From positions 97 through 64,096 of the forward strand of contig JACONM010000036.1 of assembly GCA_014323765.1 (NCBI GenBank): 64,000 nt of DNA, in the 5' to 3' direction. The DNA comes from Cellvibrionales bacterium. Lineage in GTDB: Bacteria; Pseudomonadota; Gammaproteobacteria; Pseudomonadales; GM7GCV1. Positions 50,959 through 61,386 of the stretch are shown one piece after another (position 1 is the stretch's first letter; every line of letters begins with the position of its first letter). Under the pieces are notes generated by a model, which saw nothing but the letters and a program-made list of their open reading frames with translations, did not search any database and was not told the origin of the DNA. Made by a program: the position numbers and the translations under genes.

Positions 50959-52047
50959 TCAGGGGCGATGGGGGCGGGTGAGGTAGTCGGCGGAGCGCAT
51001 TTCCAGCAGGCGGCTGCGGGCGCGGGCAAATTCAAACTGCAGCCGCCCGGCCACGTAGAGGTCCTCTAGGGGCACCGCTGCGCCCAAAATTAAATTGACA
51101 TTGCGGTCGTAAAACTCATCGATCAGGTGGATGAAACGCCGCGCTAGGTCATCCTGCCGGTCGAAAGCTGGCACCCCGCCGACCAGCACCGAGTGGAATT
51201 CATGGGCTATTTCGATGTAGTCGTTTTGGTTGCGGGGGCCGCCGCAGAGCGCGTCAAAATCGAACCATGCCACGCCCTCAGCCTGGGCCCGCAGGGGGAT
51301 GCGCCGTTCGGCGATCCGCAGCGAGCGACCGCATAACACTTGGCCATCGCCCACTAGGCGGCGGAAATTTGCCGCCATCGCCCGCCGTGCCGCCGCATCC
51401 CAGGGGTGGTGGTAGATCTCCACCTGTTCTAGGGCGCGCAGGCGGTAGTCGGTGCCCTGGCCGAGGTCGATGGTTTGGGTGTGGGTTTGTAGCAGGTCGA
51501 TGGCGGGCAGAAAGCGGGCGCGTTGCAGGCCATCGCGGTAGAGTTCTGCCGGGGGGATATTAGAGGTGGCGACTAGGGTGACGCCGCGGGCGAAAAGGGC
51601 CTGCAGGGTGTTGGCGAGAATCATGGCATCGGCGATATCGCTGACAAAAAACTCATCGAAGCAAAGCACTCGCGCCTGGGCCGCGAGGCGGGCGGCGACC
51701 TTGTCCAGTGGGTTTTTTGCCCCGCGGCAGCGTTTCAGGTCCGCATGCATGCGGCGCATGAAGCGGTGGAAGTGCAGGCGGAGCTTGTTGCCGCTGGGTA
51801 GGCTGGCGAAAAACATGTCCATCAGATGGGTTTTGCCGCGCCCTACTCCGCCGTGCAGGTAGAGACCGCGCACTGGAACCCGCGTCCGATTCCGCCCGAA
51901 TAGCCGGGCGGGCCAGCGGGGTTTGGGGGCACTGAGGAGCCGCTCGTACAGGGCTTGCAGCTGCTCGATGGCGCGTTGTTGCGCCGGGTCGGGCAAGAAA
52001 TCGGCGCGGGCCAGCTCGGCGCGGTAGCGGTCGATGGGGGCGGACAA
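50959..52047 (-). CDS. zapE: Cell division protein ZapE (AFG1-like ATPase)
   Basis: GGVGRGKTHLMD Walker A and LCFDEFFV Walker B. Conserved position next to rplM. Confidence 0.92.
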   Translation of the reverse strand: MSAPIDRYRAELARADFLPDPAQQRAIEQLQALYERLLSAPKPRWPARLFGRNRTRVPVRGLYLHGGVGRGKTHLMDMFFASLPSGNKLRLHFHRFMRRMHADLKRCRGAKNPLDKVAARLAAQARVLCFDEFFVSDIADAMILANTLQALFARGVTLVATSNIPPAELYRDGLQRARFLPAIDLLQTHTQTIDLGQGTDYRLRALEQVEIYHHPWDAAARRAMAANFRRLVGDGQVLCGRSLRIAERRIPLRAQAEGVAWFDFDALCGGPRNQNDYIEIAHEFHSVLVGGVPAFDRQDDLARRFIHLIDEFYDRNVNLILGAAVPLEDLYVAGRLQFEFARARSRLLEMRSADYLTRPHRP

Positions 52048-52178
52048 ATTAGGCTCCGCGGCGGCTTGGTTGAGTGGGTGAGAGATCGAAGGTCATGGCG
52101 TTTGCGGGCGAGTACTCTTGATACGCTACACGGTTCAGAGCTCTGAGCTATGGGGGGATTTGACGGCTTGAGCGGAGT

Positions 52179-52516
52179 CTACCGCCCTGCCGGGCCAGCG
52201 TACTGACGCTCGACTTTCGCTATGCGCAGGCTGTACTGGCGGTACCAGCGTTCCTTGCCCAATTTTTGCGCCAGCAGGTGTTCGGCTGCCTGCTTCCATG
52301 CCTTGACTGCGGCTTCATCCGCCCAATAGCTGACCGTGATCCCTAGCCCGGTAGCAGCGCGGGCGGATTCGATGCCGATATAGCCGGGCTGCTGGGCGGC
52401 CAGATCGAGCATGCGGTCGCGGCCATCGCGCCGTAGCCCTGATCGCCGCTGGTGCGCTGCGTCGTGAAAATCACGGCGTAATAGGGCGGCTTGGGCAGGG
52501 GGGCGAAATCGGGCAT
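52179..52516 (-). pseudogene. Antibiotic-biosynthesis-monooxygenase (ABM) domain gene with a frameshift
   Basis: MPDFAPLPKPPYYAVIFTTQRTSGDQGYGAMA (one frame) continues as DRMLDLAAQQPGYIGIESAR...VSYW... in another frame. The junction lies at ~52418-52421. The 338-nt length is not a multiple of 3. Confidence 0.65.
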
Positions 52517-52656
52517 GGAAAAGGGGGAGGGGCAGTGATGGCCGGGTACACCCATTATCGCAGTCTCTGTAGATGAGTCTGCCCGCAAGGTATCGGGTAA
52601 TATCGCGCTGGTTGCGGGCGGGCGATTATACAAAAGCGCGGCGGGTGGTATACGGT

Positions 52657-53820
52657 ATGAAAAAAACACGAGGGATGCGCTGGCGGCGCGTTGCGATGGA
52701 TTATTTTTGGCCGAGCCTTTGCGGGCTGTTGGTTGCCGTTTTGGTGAGTTTGCTGGCACCCGACTGGCTGGCGGGGAATAAACGGGCGAATGATGCGGCG
52801 GCGGGGCCGCGGTTGGAGGCCCCGGTCGGCCCGGTTTCCTACGCGGCGGCGGTGCGGCGGGCGGCACCTTCGGTGGTCAATGTCTATACCACTAAAACGG
52901 TGGCTGGCACCCCTAATCCGTTGTTGGAGGACCCGTTCTTCCGCCGCTTTTTCGACCGCTCGCCACAGGCGCACACCCGTCAGCAACGCTCGCTGGGTTC
53001 GGGGGTGATTATCAGCGCGGCCGGGCAGATCCTTACTAATGCGCATGTCATCGCCGGGGCCGAGCAGATTTTGGTTTTGCTGGCCGATGGGCGGCAGGCG
53101 GTGGCGCAGTTGGTGGGGGTGGATCGGGAAACGGATCTGGCGGTGCTGAGCATCGAATTGGACGGTCTGCAGGCCATTCCCATCGGCGACCCCAATAGGG
53201 CGCAGGTGGGGGATGCGGTGCTGGCCATCGGCAACCCTTTCGGCTTCGGGCAGACGGTGACGCAGGGCATTATCAGTGCCACCGGGCGGGATCTGGTGGA
53301 CCTCAGCAGCCTGGTCAGCTTTTTGCAGACCGATGCGGCGATTAACGATGGCAGCTCCGGCGGCGCGCTGATCGATGCCTACGGCAACCTGCTCGGCATC
53401 AATTCGCGCAAGTTGCAAAGCGACGGCGGGGTGGGTTTGGGCTTCGCCATTCCCGCCGACATTGCGCTGAAAGTGGTGCGTGATCTGGTCGATCTTGGTG
53501 CGGTGGTGCGCGGCTGGCTGGGGGTGGAGGCGCAGCCGATCTCGGCGCAGGCGGCCAGCGAACTGGGGCTGGATACGGCGGCGGGGATGCTGATCACCGG
53601 CCTGCACCCGTCCGGCCCGGCGCACCGGGCGGGACTGGAGGTGGGCGATCTGATCCTGCGGGTGAACGAGCGTGAGGTGCGCGACCCCCGTCAGCTGATC
53701 AATCGCATCGCCAACAGTGCGCCCGGGGCGCGGCTGAATGTTGCCATTCTGCGCGCTGGCCAGCCGCTGACGGTGATTGCCGAACTGGATGCGCGTCCCG
53801 AGCCTGAGCAGCCGCTTTAG
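52657..53820 (+). CDS. degS: DegS/AlgW-type periplasmic serine endoprotease (S1C, single PDZ)
   Basis: N-terminal anchor, catalytic TNAHV...D...GSSGGAL, and one PDZ domain. The start is uncertain (52657, 52675 or 52696). Confidence 0.85.
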   Translation: MKKTRGMRWRRVAMDYFWPSLCGLLVAVLVSLLAPDWLAGNKRANDAAAGPRLEAPVGPVSYAAAVRRAAPSVVNVYTTKTVAGTPNPLLEDPFFRRFFDRSPQAHTRQQRSLGSGVIISAAGQILTNAHVIAGAEQILVLLADGRQAVAQLVGVDRETDLAVLSIELDGLQAIPIGDPNRAQVGDAVLAIGNPFGFGQTVTQGIISATGRDLVDLSSLVSFLQTDAAINDGSSGGALIDAYGNLLGINSRKLQSDGGVGLGFAIPADIALKVVRDLVDLGAVVRGWLGVEAQPISAQAASELGLDTAAGMLITGLHPSGPAHRAGLEVGDLILRVNEREVRDPRQLINRIANSAPGARLNVAILRAGQPLTVIAELDARPEPEQPL

Positions 53821-53839
53821 TTTTCTTTTCGGCCTTCTT

Positions 53840-55168
53840 CTAACTCGAGGCAGACCGCCGCTCGGCGGCGAGTGCGTGGGCTTGTAATCCTTCGGCGTGT
53901 GCCAAAGTGGCCGCTATTTTTGCCAGTTCCTGTGCGCCGCTCGGTGAGCAGCCGATGATTGATGAGCGTTTCTGAAAATCGTCCACTCCCAGCGGCGAGG
54001 CGAAGCGGGCGGTGCCTGCAGTCGGTAGCACATGGTTGGGGCCGGCGCAGTAATCGCCGAATGCCTCGGGCGTGTGCGGGCCTAAAAAGATTGCCCCGGC
54101 GTTTTGCACTTGCGGCAGGTAGGACTCGGCATTGGCCAGCGATAGCTCTAAATGCTCGGGGGCTAGGCGGTTGGCGAGGGCGATGGCTTCGTCCAAATTT
54201 TCGCTGCGAATTAGCGCGCCGTGCGCCTGCAAACTCTGGCGAATGATGGCGGCGCGGTGCATTTTCGGCAGCAGGTCTTGCATGGCTGCTGCCACCTGAT
54301 CGAGGAAGGGCGCGTCCGGGCTTATCAAAATCGCTTGCGCTTGCTCATCGTGCTCGGCTTGGGAAAACAGGTCTAGGGCGATCCAATCCGGCGGAGTGTG
54401 GCCGTCGCAAATAATCAGGATTTCCGAGGGGCCGGCCAGCATGTCGATGCCCACGGTGCCGTACAGCAGCTGTTTGGCGGTGGCCACGTAGATATTGCCG
54501 GGCCCCACAATTTTGTCCACCGCGGGCAGGCTGGCGGTGCCGTAGGCGAGGGCGGCCACCGCCTGGGCCCCGCCGATCTGGAACACCCGGTCCACCCCCA
54601 CCAAATGCGCCGCGGCGAGAACCGCCGGATTGGGAGTGCCATTTGGGGCTGGGCTGACCATGATGATTTCGTCCACCCCGGCTACCCGCGCCGGAATAGC
54701 GTTCATCAGCACTGAGGAGGGGTAGCTGGCTTTGCCGCCGGGCACGTAGATGCCGACCCGTGCCAGTGCCCGCACCTGCTGGCCGAGTCGGTTGCCGCTG
54801 TTATCGCGATAGCTCCAGGATTGCTGTAATTGGCGGCGGTGAAAATCCTCGATGCGCTGGGTGGCCTGTTGCAGGGCGCGGCGCAGGTCGGGATCTAATT
54901 GGGCGGCTGCCGCGGCCAGCTGGTCGGGCGGCACTTCCAGTTCGGCGATGCTGGCGGCAGTGTGGCGGTCGTGCTGGCGGCTGTATTCCAGCAGGGCCGC
55001 ATCGCCGCGCTGGCGGACTTGGTGCAGAATTTCGGCGACTGTTTGCGCCACTTCTGGCGGGGCGAGCGCGTCTTGGCTGCGCAGGGCTTGCAGGTCGCGG
55101 GCGAAGTGGGGGTTGCGGCTGTCGAGCCTGGCGATCTGGAGTTTGGGCGGGGTCGGGGGCATAGTCAT
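53840..55168 (-). CDS. hisD: Histidinol dehydrogenase
   Basis: 442 aa with a conserved HisD pattern ([26 protein letters not shown]). Confidence 0.95.
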   Translation of the reverse strand: MTMPPTPPKLQIARLDSRNPHFARDLQALRSQDALAPPEVAQTVAEILHQVRQRGDAALLEYSRQHDRHTAASIAELEVPPDQLAAAAAQLDPDLRRALQQATQRIEDFHRRQLQQSWSYRDNSGNRLGQQVRALARVGIYVPGGKASYPSSVLMNAIPARVAGVDEIIMVSPAPNGTPNPAVLAAAHLVGVDRVFQIGGAQAVAALAYGTASLPAVDKIVGPGNIYVATAKQLLYGTVGIDMLAGPSEILIICDGHTPPDWIALDLFSQAEHDEQAQAILISPDAPFLDQVAAAMQDLLPKMHRAAIIRQSLQAHGALIRSENLDEAIALANRLAPEHLELSLANAESYLPQVQNAGAIFLGPHTPEAFGDYCAGPNHVLPTAGTARFASPLGVDDFQKRSSIIGCSPSGAQELAKIAATLAHAEGLQAHALAAERRSASS

Positions 55169-55176
55169 GGGTCAGG

Positions 55177-55812
55177 TCATGAGTCGGCGCGGTCTTTTAG
55201 AGCCTGTTCGATGCGCTCAAGCAAGGTGCTGAGTTCGGCGTGTTTGAGCTTGAGCGAGGCGCGGCCCACAATCAGGCGGGAGGAGATGTCCGCCAGCAGG
55301 TCGAGCGGTTCCAGCCCGTTGGCTTCGAGGGTGTTGCCGGTGTCGACGATATCGACAATTTCATCGGCTAGGTTCATCACCGCGGCCAATTCCATGCCGC
55401 CGTATAGCTGGATGATGTCGGCCTGTTGCCCCTTGGCGGCGTAGTGCTGGCGGGCTAGGCGTACATATTTGGTGGCCACCCGCAGGCGTCCGGTTATCGG
55501 TGTACGGCCCTTGGCGGCGGCGGTCATCAGGCGGCAGCGGGCCAGCCGCAAGTCCAGCCATTCGTAGTAGGCATCGCTGGCGTATTCCAGCAAGCAATCT
55601 TTACCCGCCACGCCGAGGTCTGCGGCCCCGTAGCGGACGTAGGTGGGTACGTCCACGCCGCGTAGGACGAGCAGGCGTAGGGCGGGCAGGTTGCTGGCAA
55701 AAATCAGCTTGCGGCTGGCGCGGATGTCTTCGGCGGGCACAATGCCGGCCTCGGCCAACAGCGGCAAGGTTTCATCCAGGATCCGCCCTTTGGTTAGTGC
55801 GAGGGTTAACAT
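55177..55812 (-). CDS. hisG: ATP phosphoribosyltransferase, short form
   Basis: 211 aa from MLTLALTKGRILDETLPLL. The ORF-finder extension to 55911 was rejected. Confidence 0.93.
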   Translation of the reverse strand: MLTLALTKGRILDETLPLLAEAGIVPAEDIRASRKLIFASNLPALRLLVLRGVDVPTYVRYGAADLGVAGKDCLLEYASDAYYEWLDLRLARCRLMTAAAKGRTPITGRLRVATKYVRLARQHYAAKGQQADIIQLYGGMELAAVMNLADEIVDIVDTGNTLEANGLEPLDLLADISSRLIVGRASLKLKHAELSTLLERIEQALKDRADS

Positions 55813-55961
55813 TGGGCTGGGCTGGTGGGTTGGTAATGGAGTGCGGGCACTGGCGGGTTCCGCTGGCGGTCGGCGGGGGTGGATTGTGTCTGTGGGCGAC
55901 GGTAAAAGCAACTGCTAAGCCGCTACTATGGGGCGGGGGTGCGGGTTCGCCCCTGGGTCGC

Positions 55962-57512
55962 TTAAGTCTGTTCTGGCAGGCGTAGGCTGAGTGTGGCGGC
56001 TAGTAGCATGCTTAGGCCGGCGATTATGAAGGCGTAGATGGTTTGGCCGCCGAAAAAAGTGCTTATTAAAAAGCCTAGGATGCTGGCTGCTAGAATTTGC
56101 GGTAGCACGATGAAGAAATTAAAGATGCCCATGTATAGCCCCATTTTGTCGTAGGGCAGGGCATTGGCGAGTAGCGCGTAGGGTAGGGCCAGAATTGAGG
56201 CCCAGGCAATCCCGATGGCGAGCATGGGCGCGACCAGCCAAGCAGGGTCGCGGATGAATAGGAAAGAGAGGAAAGCCAGGCCGCCGAGGGCGAGGTTTAG
56301 GCCGTGGGCGCGGTGAGTCTTGAGTAGGCGTACTAGCACCGGCAGGGCGCAGGCGGCGGCGACTGCGGCGAGGTTGTAGACTGAGAAGAGCACGCCGACC
56401 CAGTCGGCTCCTTGGTTGTAAATCTCGCTGCTGGGGTCGCTGGTGCCGTAGTGGTGGGCCGTGATGGCGATGGTGGCGGAGGTCCACAGGCAGAAGAAGG
56501 GGAACCAGCTGAAGAATTGCACCACTGCCAGTTTGCGCATTTGGGTGGGCATGTTTAATAGATCTGCCATGACGATCAGTAGCCCGTTATCGCGGCGGTT
56601 GCACTGTTGCAATCCGCCGGCGAGCAGCATCAGCAGCCCGAAAAATATCCCTAAACCGCCGAGTAGGAAGAGGTTTTTGTCTAGGTGTTCGATAAAACGG
56701 TGGATTAGTGCGCTGGCGGCGAGTCCTAGAACTAGCGAGACTCCGCCGATAGTGAAATAGGTGCGGGCCGGGCGTTGGCCGGCGTTTGGGGCGGGGTCGA
56801 CCTCTTCGCCGTCGGCGGCGGCGAAGGCGCGGAGCTGGGCGGGCGGGTATTCGCGCACCGATAGCACGGTCCAAAGCACTGCCAGAAAGAAGATCGCGCC
56901 GCCGCAGTAGAAGGCGACCTTGACCGAATCGGGGACGGTGCCGGGGGCGGCGGTGTTCGCTACGCCGAACCAGTTGGCCATCAACCAGGGCAGGGCCGAG
57001 GCGACCACTGCGCCGATGCCGATAAACAGGCTCTGGCAGGCGTAGCCCAGCGAGCGTTGGGTGCGCGGTAGCATGTCACCGACGAAGGCGCGCATGGGTT
57101 CCATGGACAGGTTGATGGAGGCATCCATTATCCAGAGCATGCCGGCGGCGATCCACAGGGTGGGGGAGTTGGGCATGACGAACAGGGCCAAGCTGGCACA
57201 GACTGCGCCGATCAGAAAATATGGGCGGCGACGGCCTAGCCAGCCCCACCAAGTGCGGTCGCTGAAATAGCCGACGATCGGCTGGACGATCAGCCCGGTG
57301 ATGGGCGCGGCGACCCAGAGCAGGGTCATGTTGCTGTAATCGGCTCCTAGGGTTTGGAAAATGCGGCTGACGTTGGCACTTTGCAGGGCGAAGCCGAATT
57401 GGATGCCCATGAAACCGACGCACATGTTCAGGATGTGAAAGACGCTTAGGTTGGGGCGGCCGCGCTCCATGGGTTGGGCTGCAGTTGGGGGGGTGCTGGG
57501 GGGTGGTTTCAT
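55962..57512 (-). CDS. MFS/GPH-type (SLC45-like) oligosaccharide:H+ symporter
   Basis: 12-TM protein with DRTWWGWLGRRRPY motif. Its ATG overlaps the stop of the upstream GH13 gene (ATGA), and GGAGAAG lies upstream as an RBS. Confidence 0.85.
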   Translation of the reverse strand: MKPPPSTPPTAAQPMERGRPNLSVFHILNMCVGFMGIQFGFALQSANVSRIFQTLGADYSNMTLLWVAAPITGLIVQPIVGYFSDRTWWGWLGRRRPYFLIGAVCASLALFVMPNSPTLWIAAGMLWIMDASINLSMEPMRAFVGDMLPRTQRSLGYACQSLFIGIGAVVASALPWLMANWFGVANTAAPGTVPDSVKVAFYCGGAIFFLAVLWTVLSVREYPPAQLRAFAAADGEEVDPAPNAGQRPARTYFTIGGVSLVLGLAASALIHRFIEHLDKNLFLLGGLGIFFGLLMLLAGGLQQCNRRDNGLLIVMADLLNMPTQMRKLAVVQFFSWFPFFCLWTSATIAITAHHYGTSDPSSEIYNQGADWVGVLFSVYNLAAVAAACALPVLVRLLKTHRAHGLNLALGGLAFLSFLFIRDPAWLVAPMLAIGIAWASILALPYALLANALPYDKMGLYMGIFNFFIVLPQILAASILGFLISTFFGGQTIYAFIIAGLSMLLAATLSLRLPEQT

Positions 57513-58951
57513 TTTTGCTTCTCCAAAATGACCCATTGGTGGGGGGCGAGGGTTAGGCTGGCGGTGGTCCGTTCGGCGGTGCCGTGTAGGGTTTTTGGGT
57601 ATGTCTCTAGCCCTTGTGCAAAGTCCAGATTGGCGGGTGCGGCGGAAAAGTTCAGTGCGACCAGTACGCCGCTGCCGTCTGCCGCGGTGCGGGTGAAGGC
57701 GTAGGCGCGTTCGTTATCGCTGCGGTGGTCGATGGGGGCAAACCTGCCGCCTGTTGCGCCGGCTAAAAGAGCGGGGGTTTGCGCTCGTAGGGTTAGCAGG
57801 TCGCGATAAAAATCTGCCAGCCGGTAGTCGCCCCAGTCGATCGGGTCGCGCTCAAAAAAGCGTAGGCGGCGGTCTAGGCCGGCTTCCTGCCCGGAATACA
57901 GCAGGGGCACTCCGTCTAGGGTGAAGGCGAGCACGGCCCAGGCTTTGTGCGCTGCGCCGTAGCGTTCGAACACGGTGCCGTTCCAGGAATTTTCATCGTG
58001 GTTGGTGGTGAACATTAGTAGCGGGTGGTCGGCGTTGAATTGGGTTTGTCGCTCTTGCATGTAGGAGTCGAAAACGGTGGCGGGTTGGCGGCCTTGGGCG
58101 ACTTCGTTGGTTAGGTGGTGGAAGTGCCAGCCGTAGGACAGGTCGAAGCTGGCTTGCAGTTCGGTCTCTTCCGCTTCGGCGAGCATGAAAAGCGGTTTGA
58201 TTTGGCGCAGGCGGGGGAGGGCGAATTCCCAGAAAGCGGCGGGCACTTCCGAGGCCACATCGCAGCGGAAGCCATCGATGTTGGCTTCTTGGATCCAGAA
58301 AGCCATCTCTGCGGTCATGGCTTCCCAGAGGGCGCGGTTTTCGTAGTTGAGGTCGGCGACATCGGTCCAGCCCCAGCTTTTGCCGTCTTTGCCGATCGGG
58401 TCGATGATTTTGCCGGCGGCGTTGCGGGTGTAGCGGTCGGGGTGTTCGGTGATCCAGGCGTGGTCCCAGGCGGTGTGGTTGGCGACCCAGTCGAGGATGA
58501 CCAGCATTTCTAGTTCGTGGGCGCGGCGTACTAGTTGGCGGAGGTCGTCTAGGGTGCCGAATTCGGGGTTTATTGCGCGGTAGTCGCGCACTGAGTAGTA
58601 GCTGCCGAGCTCGCCCTTGCGGTTTTTTATTCCGATGGGGTGGATGGGCATTAGCCAGAGGACGTTGACGCCTAGATCACGGATGCGTGGCAGATCTTGG
58701 GTGACGGCCGCTAGGGTGCCGGAGTCGGAGAATTGGCGCACGTTGACTTCGTAGATTACGGCGCGGCTGCGGAAGTTGGCATCTGGGGTTGGGGCGGTGG
58801 GCGGTGCGGCGGTGGGCGGTGCGGCGGCTGGGGTGGCTGGCGCAGCTTGCTGGTCGGGGCCCTTGGGGGCGGGGGTGCAGCCGGCTAGGGTTGCCAGTAG
58901 CAGGGCGGTGGTCAATCGGTGGGGCTTGGTGCTGGGCATTGCGTGGTTCAT
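57509..58951 (-). CDS. GH13 alpha-amylase family lipoprotein
   Basis: Lipobox LATLAGC. GH13 regions DWVANH, GFRCDVASEVP, MLAEAEE and FTTNHDEN. The start at 58951 is preceded by GGAGGA. Confidence 0.88.
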   Translation of the reverse strand: MNHAMPSTKPHRLTTALLLATLAGCTPAPKGPDQQAAPATPAAAPPTAAPPTAPTPDANFRSRAVIYEVNVRQFSDSGTLAAVTQDLPRIRDLGVNVLWLMPIHPIGIKNRKGELGSYYSVRDYRAINPEFGTLDDLRQLVRRAHELEMLVILDWVANHTAWDHAWITEHPDRYTRNAAGKIIDPIGKDGKSWGWTDVADLNYENRALWEAMTAEMAFWIQEANIDGFRCDVASEVPAAFWEFALPRLRQIKPLFMLAEAEETELQASFDLSYGWHFHHLTNEVAQGRQPATVFDSYMQERQTQFNADHPLLMFTTNHDENSWNGTVFERYGAAHKAWAVLAFTLDGVPLLYSGQEAGLDRRLRFFERDPIDWGDYRLADFYRDLLTLRAQTPALLAGATGGRFAPIDHRSDNERAYAFTRTAADGSGVLVALNFSAAPANLDFAQGLETYPKTLHGTAERTTASLTLAPHQWVILEKQK

Positions 58952-58965
58952 GGGAGTTCCTCCAT

Positions 58966-61386
58966 TTAGCGAATGACTAGTTCCATCTCTGGCTGCTGCC
59001 AAGTTAGGGCGAGCTGCAGTGTTTTTGCGCGGCGGTCGAAGTGCAGGTCGGCGGGCGGGAGCGGTTGGCCGTCGACTAGGACGGATTTGGGGCGGCGGGG
59101 CCAGTTGTGGATCTGGAGGTTTAGCTGGCGGCTTTTTGGGGTGCCGGGGTAGCCTTTGCCGGTGCGTTCTAGGCGTAGAGTTAGCGAGCGATCTTTAGGC
59201 GTGGCGTGGAACCGTAGTAATTCAAAGGCCCCGTCCGCGATGCTGGTGCGGCTGTGGCCATCGTCTTCGAACATTTGGGCGGTGGTGGGGCCGGCTTTGC
59301 GGTCGGCGTAGTAGTGCAGGCTGAGCTGTTCGCTGCTGTAGTCGTCCAGCGATTGGAACACTGGCACTAGGGGGATGAAAGTGCCAGCGCGGACGAATAC
59401 CGGCAGGCTGTCCAGATTGGTGGGGGTGCGGTGGGTGCGCCCGCCGCTGTAGCGTTTTTTGGTTTGGAAATCGAACCAGATGCCTTTGGGGAAATAGGTG
59501 TCGACGGCGGTGACTCCCGGTGCGGTGACCGGGCGGACTAGGAGGGCGTCGCCCCAGAGGAAGGAATCGGTGCGGTCGATGAGATTGGGGTCGTTCTCGT
59601 CTTCGAAAAATAGGGGGCGGGCGAGCGGCATGCCGGTGGTGCTGTTTTGCCAGGCGAGAGTGTAGAGGTAGGGGGTTAGGCGGTAGCGGAGCTCGATGAT
59701 GTTGCGCGCTCGGGCTAGGGTGTCGGGGTCGTGGAATACGGGTTCGGGCGGGATATGTTCTTGGGCGTGGGGGCGGAAGATCGGTTGGAATATGCCGAAT
59801 TGGAGCCAGCGGAGGTAAAGTTCCCGGTCGAAGGTCTCGCCGCCAGCGAAGCCGCCTAGATCGGAGTGGGTGTAGGCCAATCCTAGCAGGCCCATCTGGA
59901 GATTTAGTTCGACCTGCGATTGCAGCCCGCCCCAGGAGCGGTCGACATCGCCGGTCCAGGGGATCATGCCGTAGCGTTGGGAGCCGGCGAAGCCGGAGCG
60001 CATCAGAATTAGCGGGCGGCGGGCGGGGTAGTCGCGGGTGTGGCGTTGGAAGATCAGCTCCGCCCAGCGGTGGCCGTAGGCGTTGTGGACGGCATCGGCG
60101 GGGCCGGCGGTGTGGAGGGCATCCCAAGGGTGGACTTCTGGCTCGCCGAGGTCGCCCCAAACGCCGGCGACTCCTTGCGCGAATTGCTGGCGGTAGAATT
60201 GCCAGAACCAGTCGGCGGCTTTGTCGTCAAAAAGATCCAGCAGGCCGGTGTTGCCGAAGTAGAAATCGAAGGTTTTGGGGGTGCCTTGCAGGTTGCGGGC
60301 TAGGACTCCGGCGGCGACTGCGGGTTGCCAGTTTTTGGAGCTGGTGAGGATGAAGGGTTCGGTGACTAGCAGGGTTTTGATGCCTTGTTTGCGGAGGTCG
60401 GCGATCATTTTCTCGGGTTGTGGGAAGGCGCGGCGGTCCCAGTCGAGATTGCCCATGTGGCCTTGGATGTCGGGACCGAACCAGTAGATGTCGATGACCA
60501 GCGCGTCTAACGGTATCTGCGCTTGGCGGAATTTGGCGGCGACCGCGCGGACTTGTTTGGCGTTGCGGTAGCCGAAGCGGGAGGCGTAATTGCCGAGGGC
60601 CCAGCGCGGTGGTAGGGGTTGTTTGCCGGTGATTTTTACGTAGTTTTCGATGAGCTGCGGGTAGGTGGGGGCGGCGATGACTAGGTAAGCGGTGCGCCCG
60701 GCGACGGCTTCGAACTGCAGGATGTCGGGGTCGGTTTTGCCTAGATCTAGTGCGCCTTTGGCACTGTTGTCGAACAATAGGATGTATTTTTTGCTGGATA
60801 GGACGGCGGGTAGGCCGTAGTACATTTGGTCGGATTCGGTGTTGTAGCCATAGTGGGGGCGGTTGTAGAGGGGGAGGCGGTGGCCGCGGCGGTCCATGCC
60901 GAGTACGCGCTGGCCGCCGCCCATGAGTTTTTCATCTTGGCTGAGGTGGAAGCGGAAACCGCGTTTGTGTTCTAGGGCAAAAAAGCCGGTTTCTTCGCGG
61001 AGGAGGGGTTGGTCGTTGTGGGCGTAGGATAGACGGAAGGGGGATTTTTGGATTTCGGCGGTGAGGCTTTTGGTGGTGAAAATTAGGCGGTCTTTTTCCT
61101 CGCGCAGGGTGACTTTGGTGGGTTCGAGTGGTTCGCCGATGGCGAAGGAAGGCATTTGGCGAATGCGGTCGGTTTGGTAGTGGACCTCGAAGGCGTTTTG
61201 GTGGCGGGCGGTGAGGCGGACTTCGAATTCAGTGGTGCGCAGGTGGAGGGATTGGTCGTCTAGGCGGTGGCTGAGATAGTCGGCGGCGGGGAGGGCGGGG
61301 GCGGTGAATAGGGCGGCAAAAAGTGCGGCCCAATAGGCGGCTAAGCGGGGCAGCGGGGCGGGGAATGCGCGGGTGGGGCGGCTCAC
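58966..61386 (-). CDS. GH31 alpha-glucosidase / alpha-transglucosylase-like enzyme
   Basis: 806 aa with a signal peptide. GH31 core around GVWGDLGEPE and WTGDVDRSW. GTGA overlap with the upstream gene. Confidence 0.85.
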   Translation of the reverse strand: MSRPTRAFPAPLPRLAAYWAALFAALFTAPALPAADYLSHRLDDQSLHLRTTEFEVRLTARHQNAFEVHYQTDRIRQMPSFAIGEPLEPTKVTLREEKDRLIFTTKSLTAEIQKSPFRLSYAHNDQPLLREETGFFALEHKRGFRFHLSQDEKLMGGGQRVLGMDRRGHRLPLYNRPHYGYNTESDQMYYGLPAVLSSKKYILLFDNSAKGALDLGKTDPDILQFEAVAGRTAYLVIAAPTYPQLIENYVKITGKQPLPPRWALGNYASRFGYRNAKQVRAVAAKFRQAQIPLDALVIDIYWFGPDIQGHMGNLDWDRRAFPQPEKMIADLRKQGIKTLLVTEPFILTSSKNWQPAVAAGVLARNLQGTPKTFDFYFGNTGLLDLFDDKAADWFWQFYRQQFAQGVAGVWGDLGEPEVHPWDALHTAGPADAVHNAYGHRWAELIFQRHTRDYPARRPLILMRSGFAGSQRYGMIPWTGDVDRSWGGLQSQVELNLQMGLLGLAYTHSDLGGFAGGETFDRELYLRWLQFGIFQPIFRPHAQEHIPPEPVFHDPDTLARARNIIELRYRLTPYLYTLAWQNSTTGMPLARPLFFEDENDPNLIDRTDSFLWGDALLVRPVTAPGVTAVDTYFPKGIWFDFQTKKRYSGGRTHRTPTNLDSLPVFVRAGTFIPLVPVFQSLDDYSSEQLSLHYYADRKAGPTTAQMFEDDGHSRTSIADGAFELLRFHATPKDRSLTLRLERTGKGYPGTPKSRQLNLQIHNWPRRPKSVLVDGQPLPPADLHFDRRAKTLQLALTWQQPEMELVIR

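Noticed and set aside
55931-55957. GGGGCG...CGCCCC hairpin after the MFS gene as a terminator before hisG
   Set aside because: No U-tract follows on the transcribed (minus) strand, so this is not a convincing intrinsic terminator.
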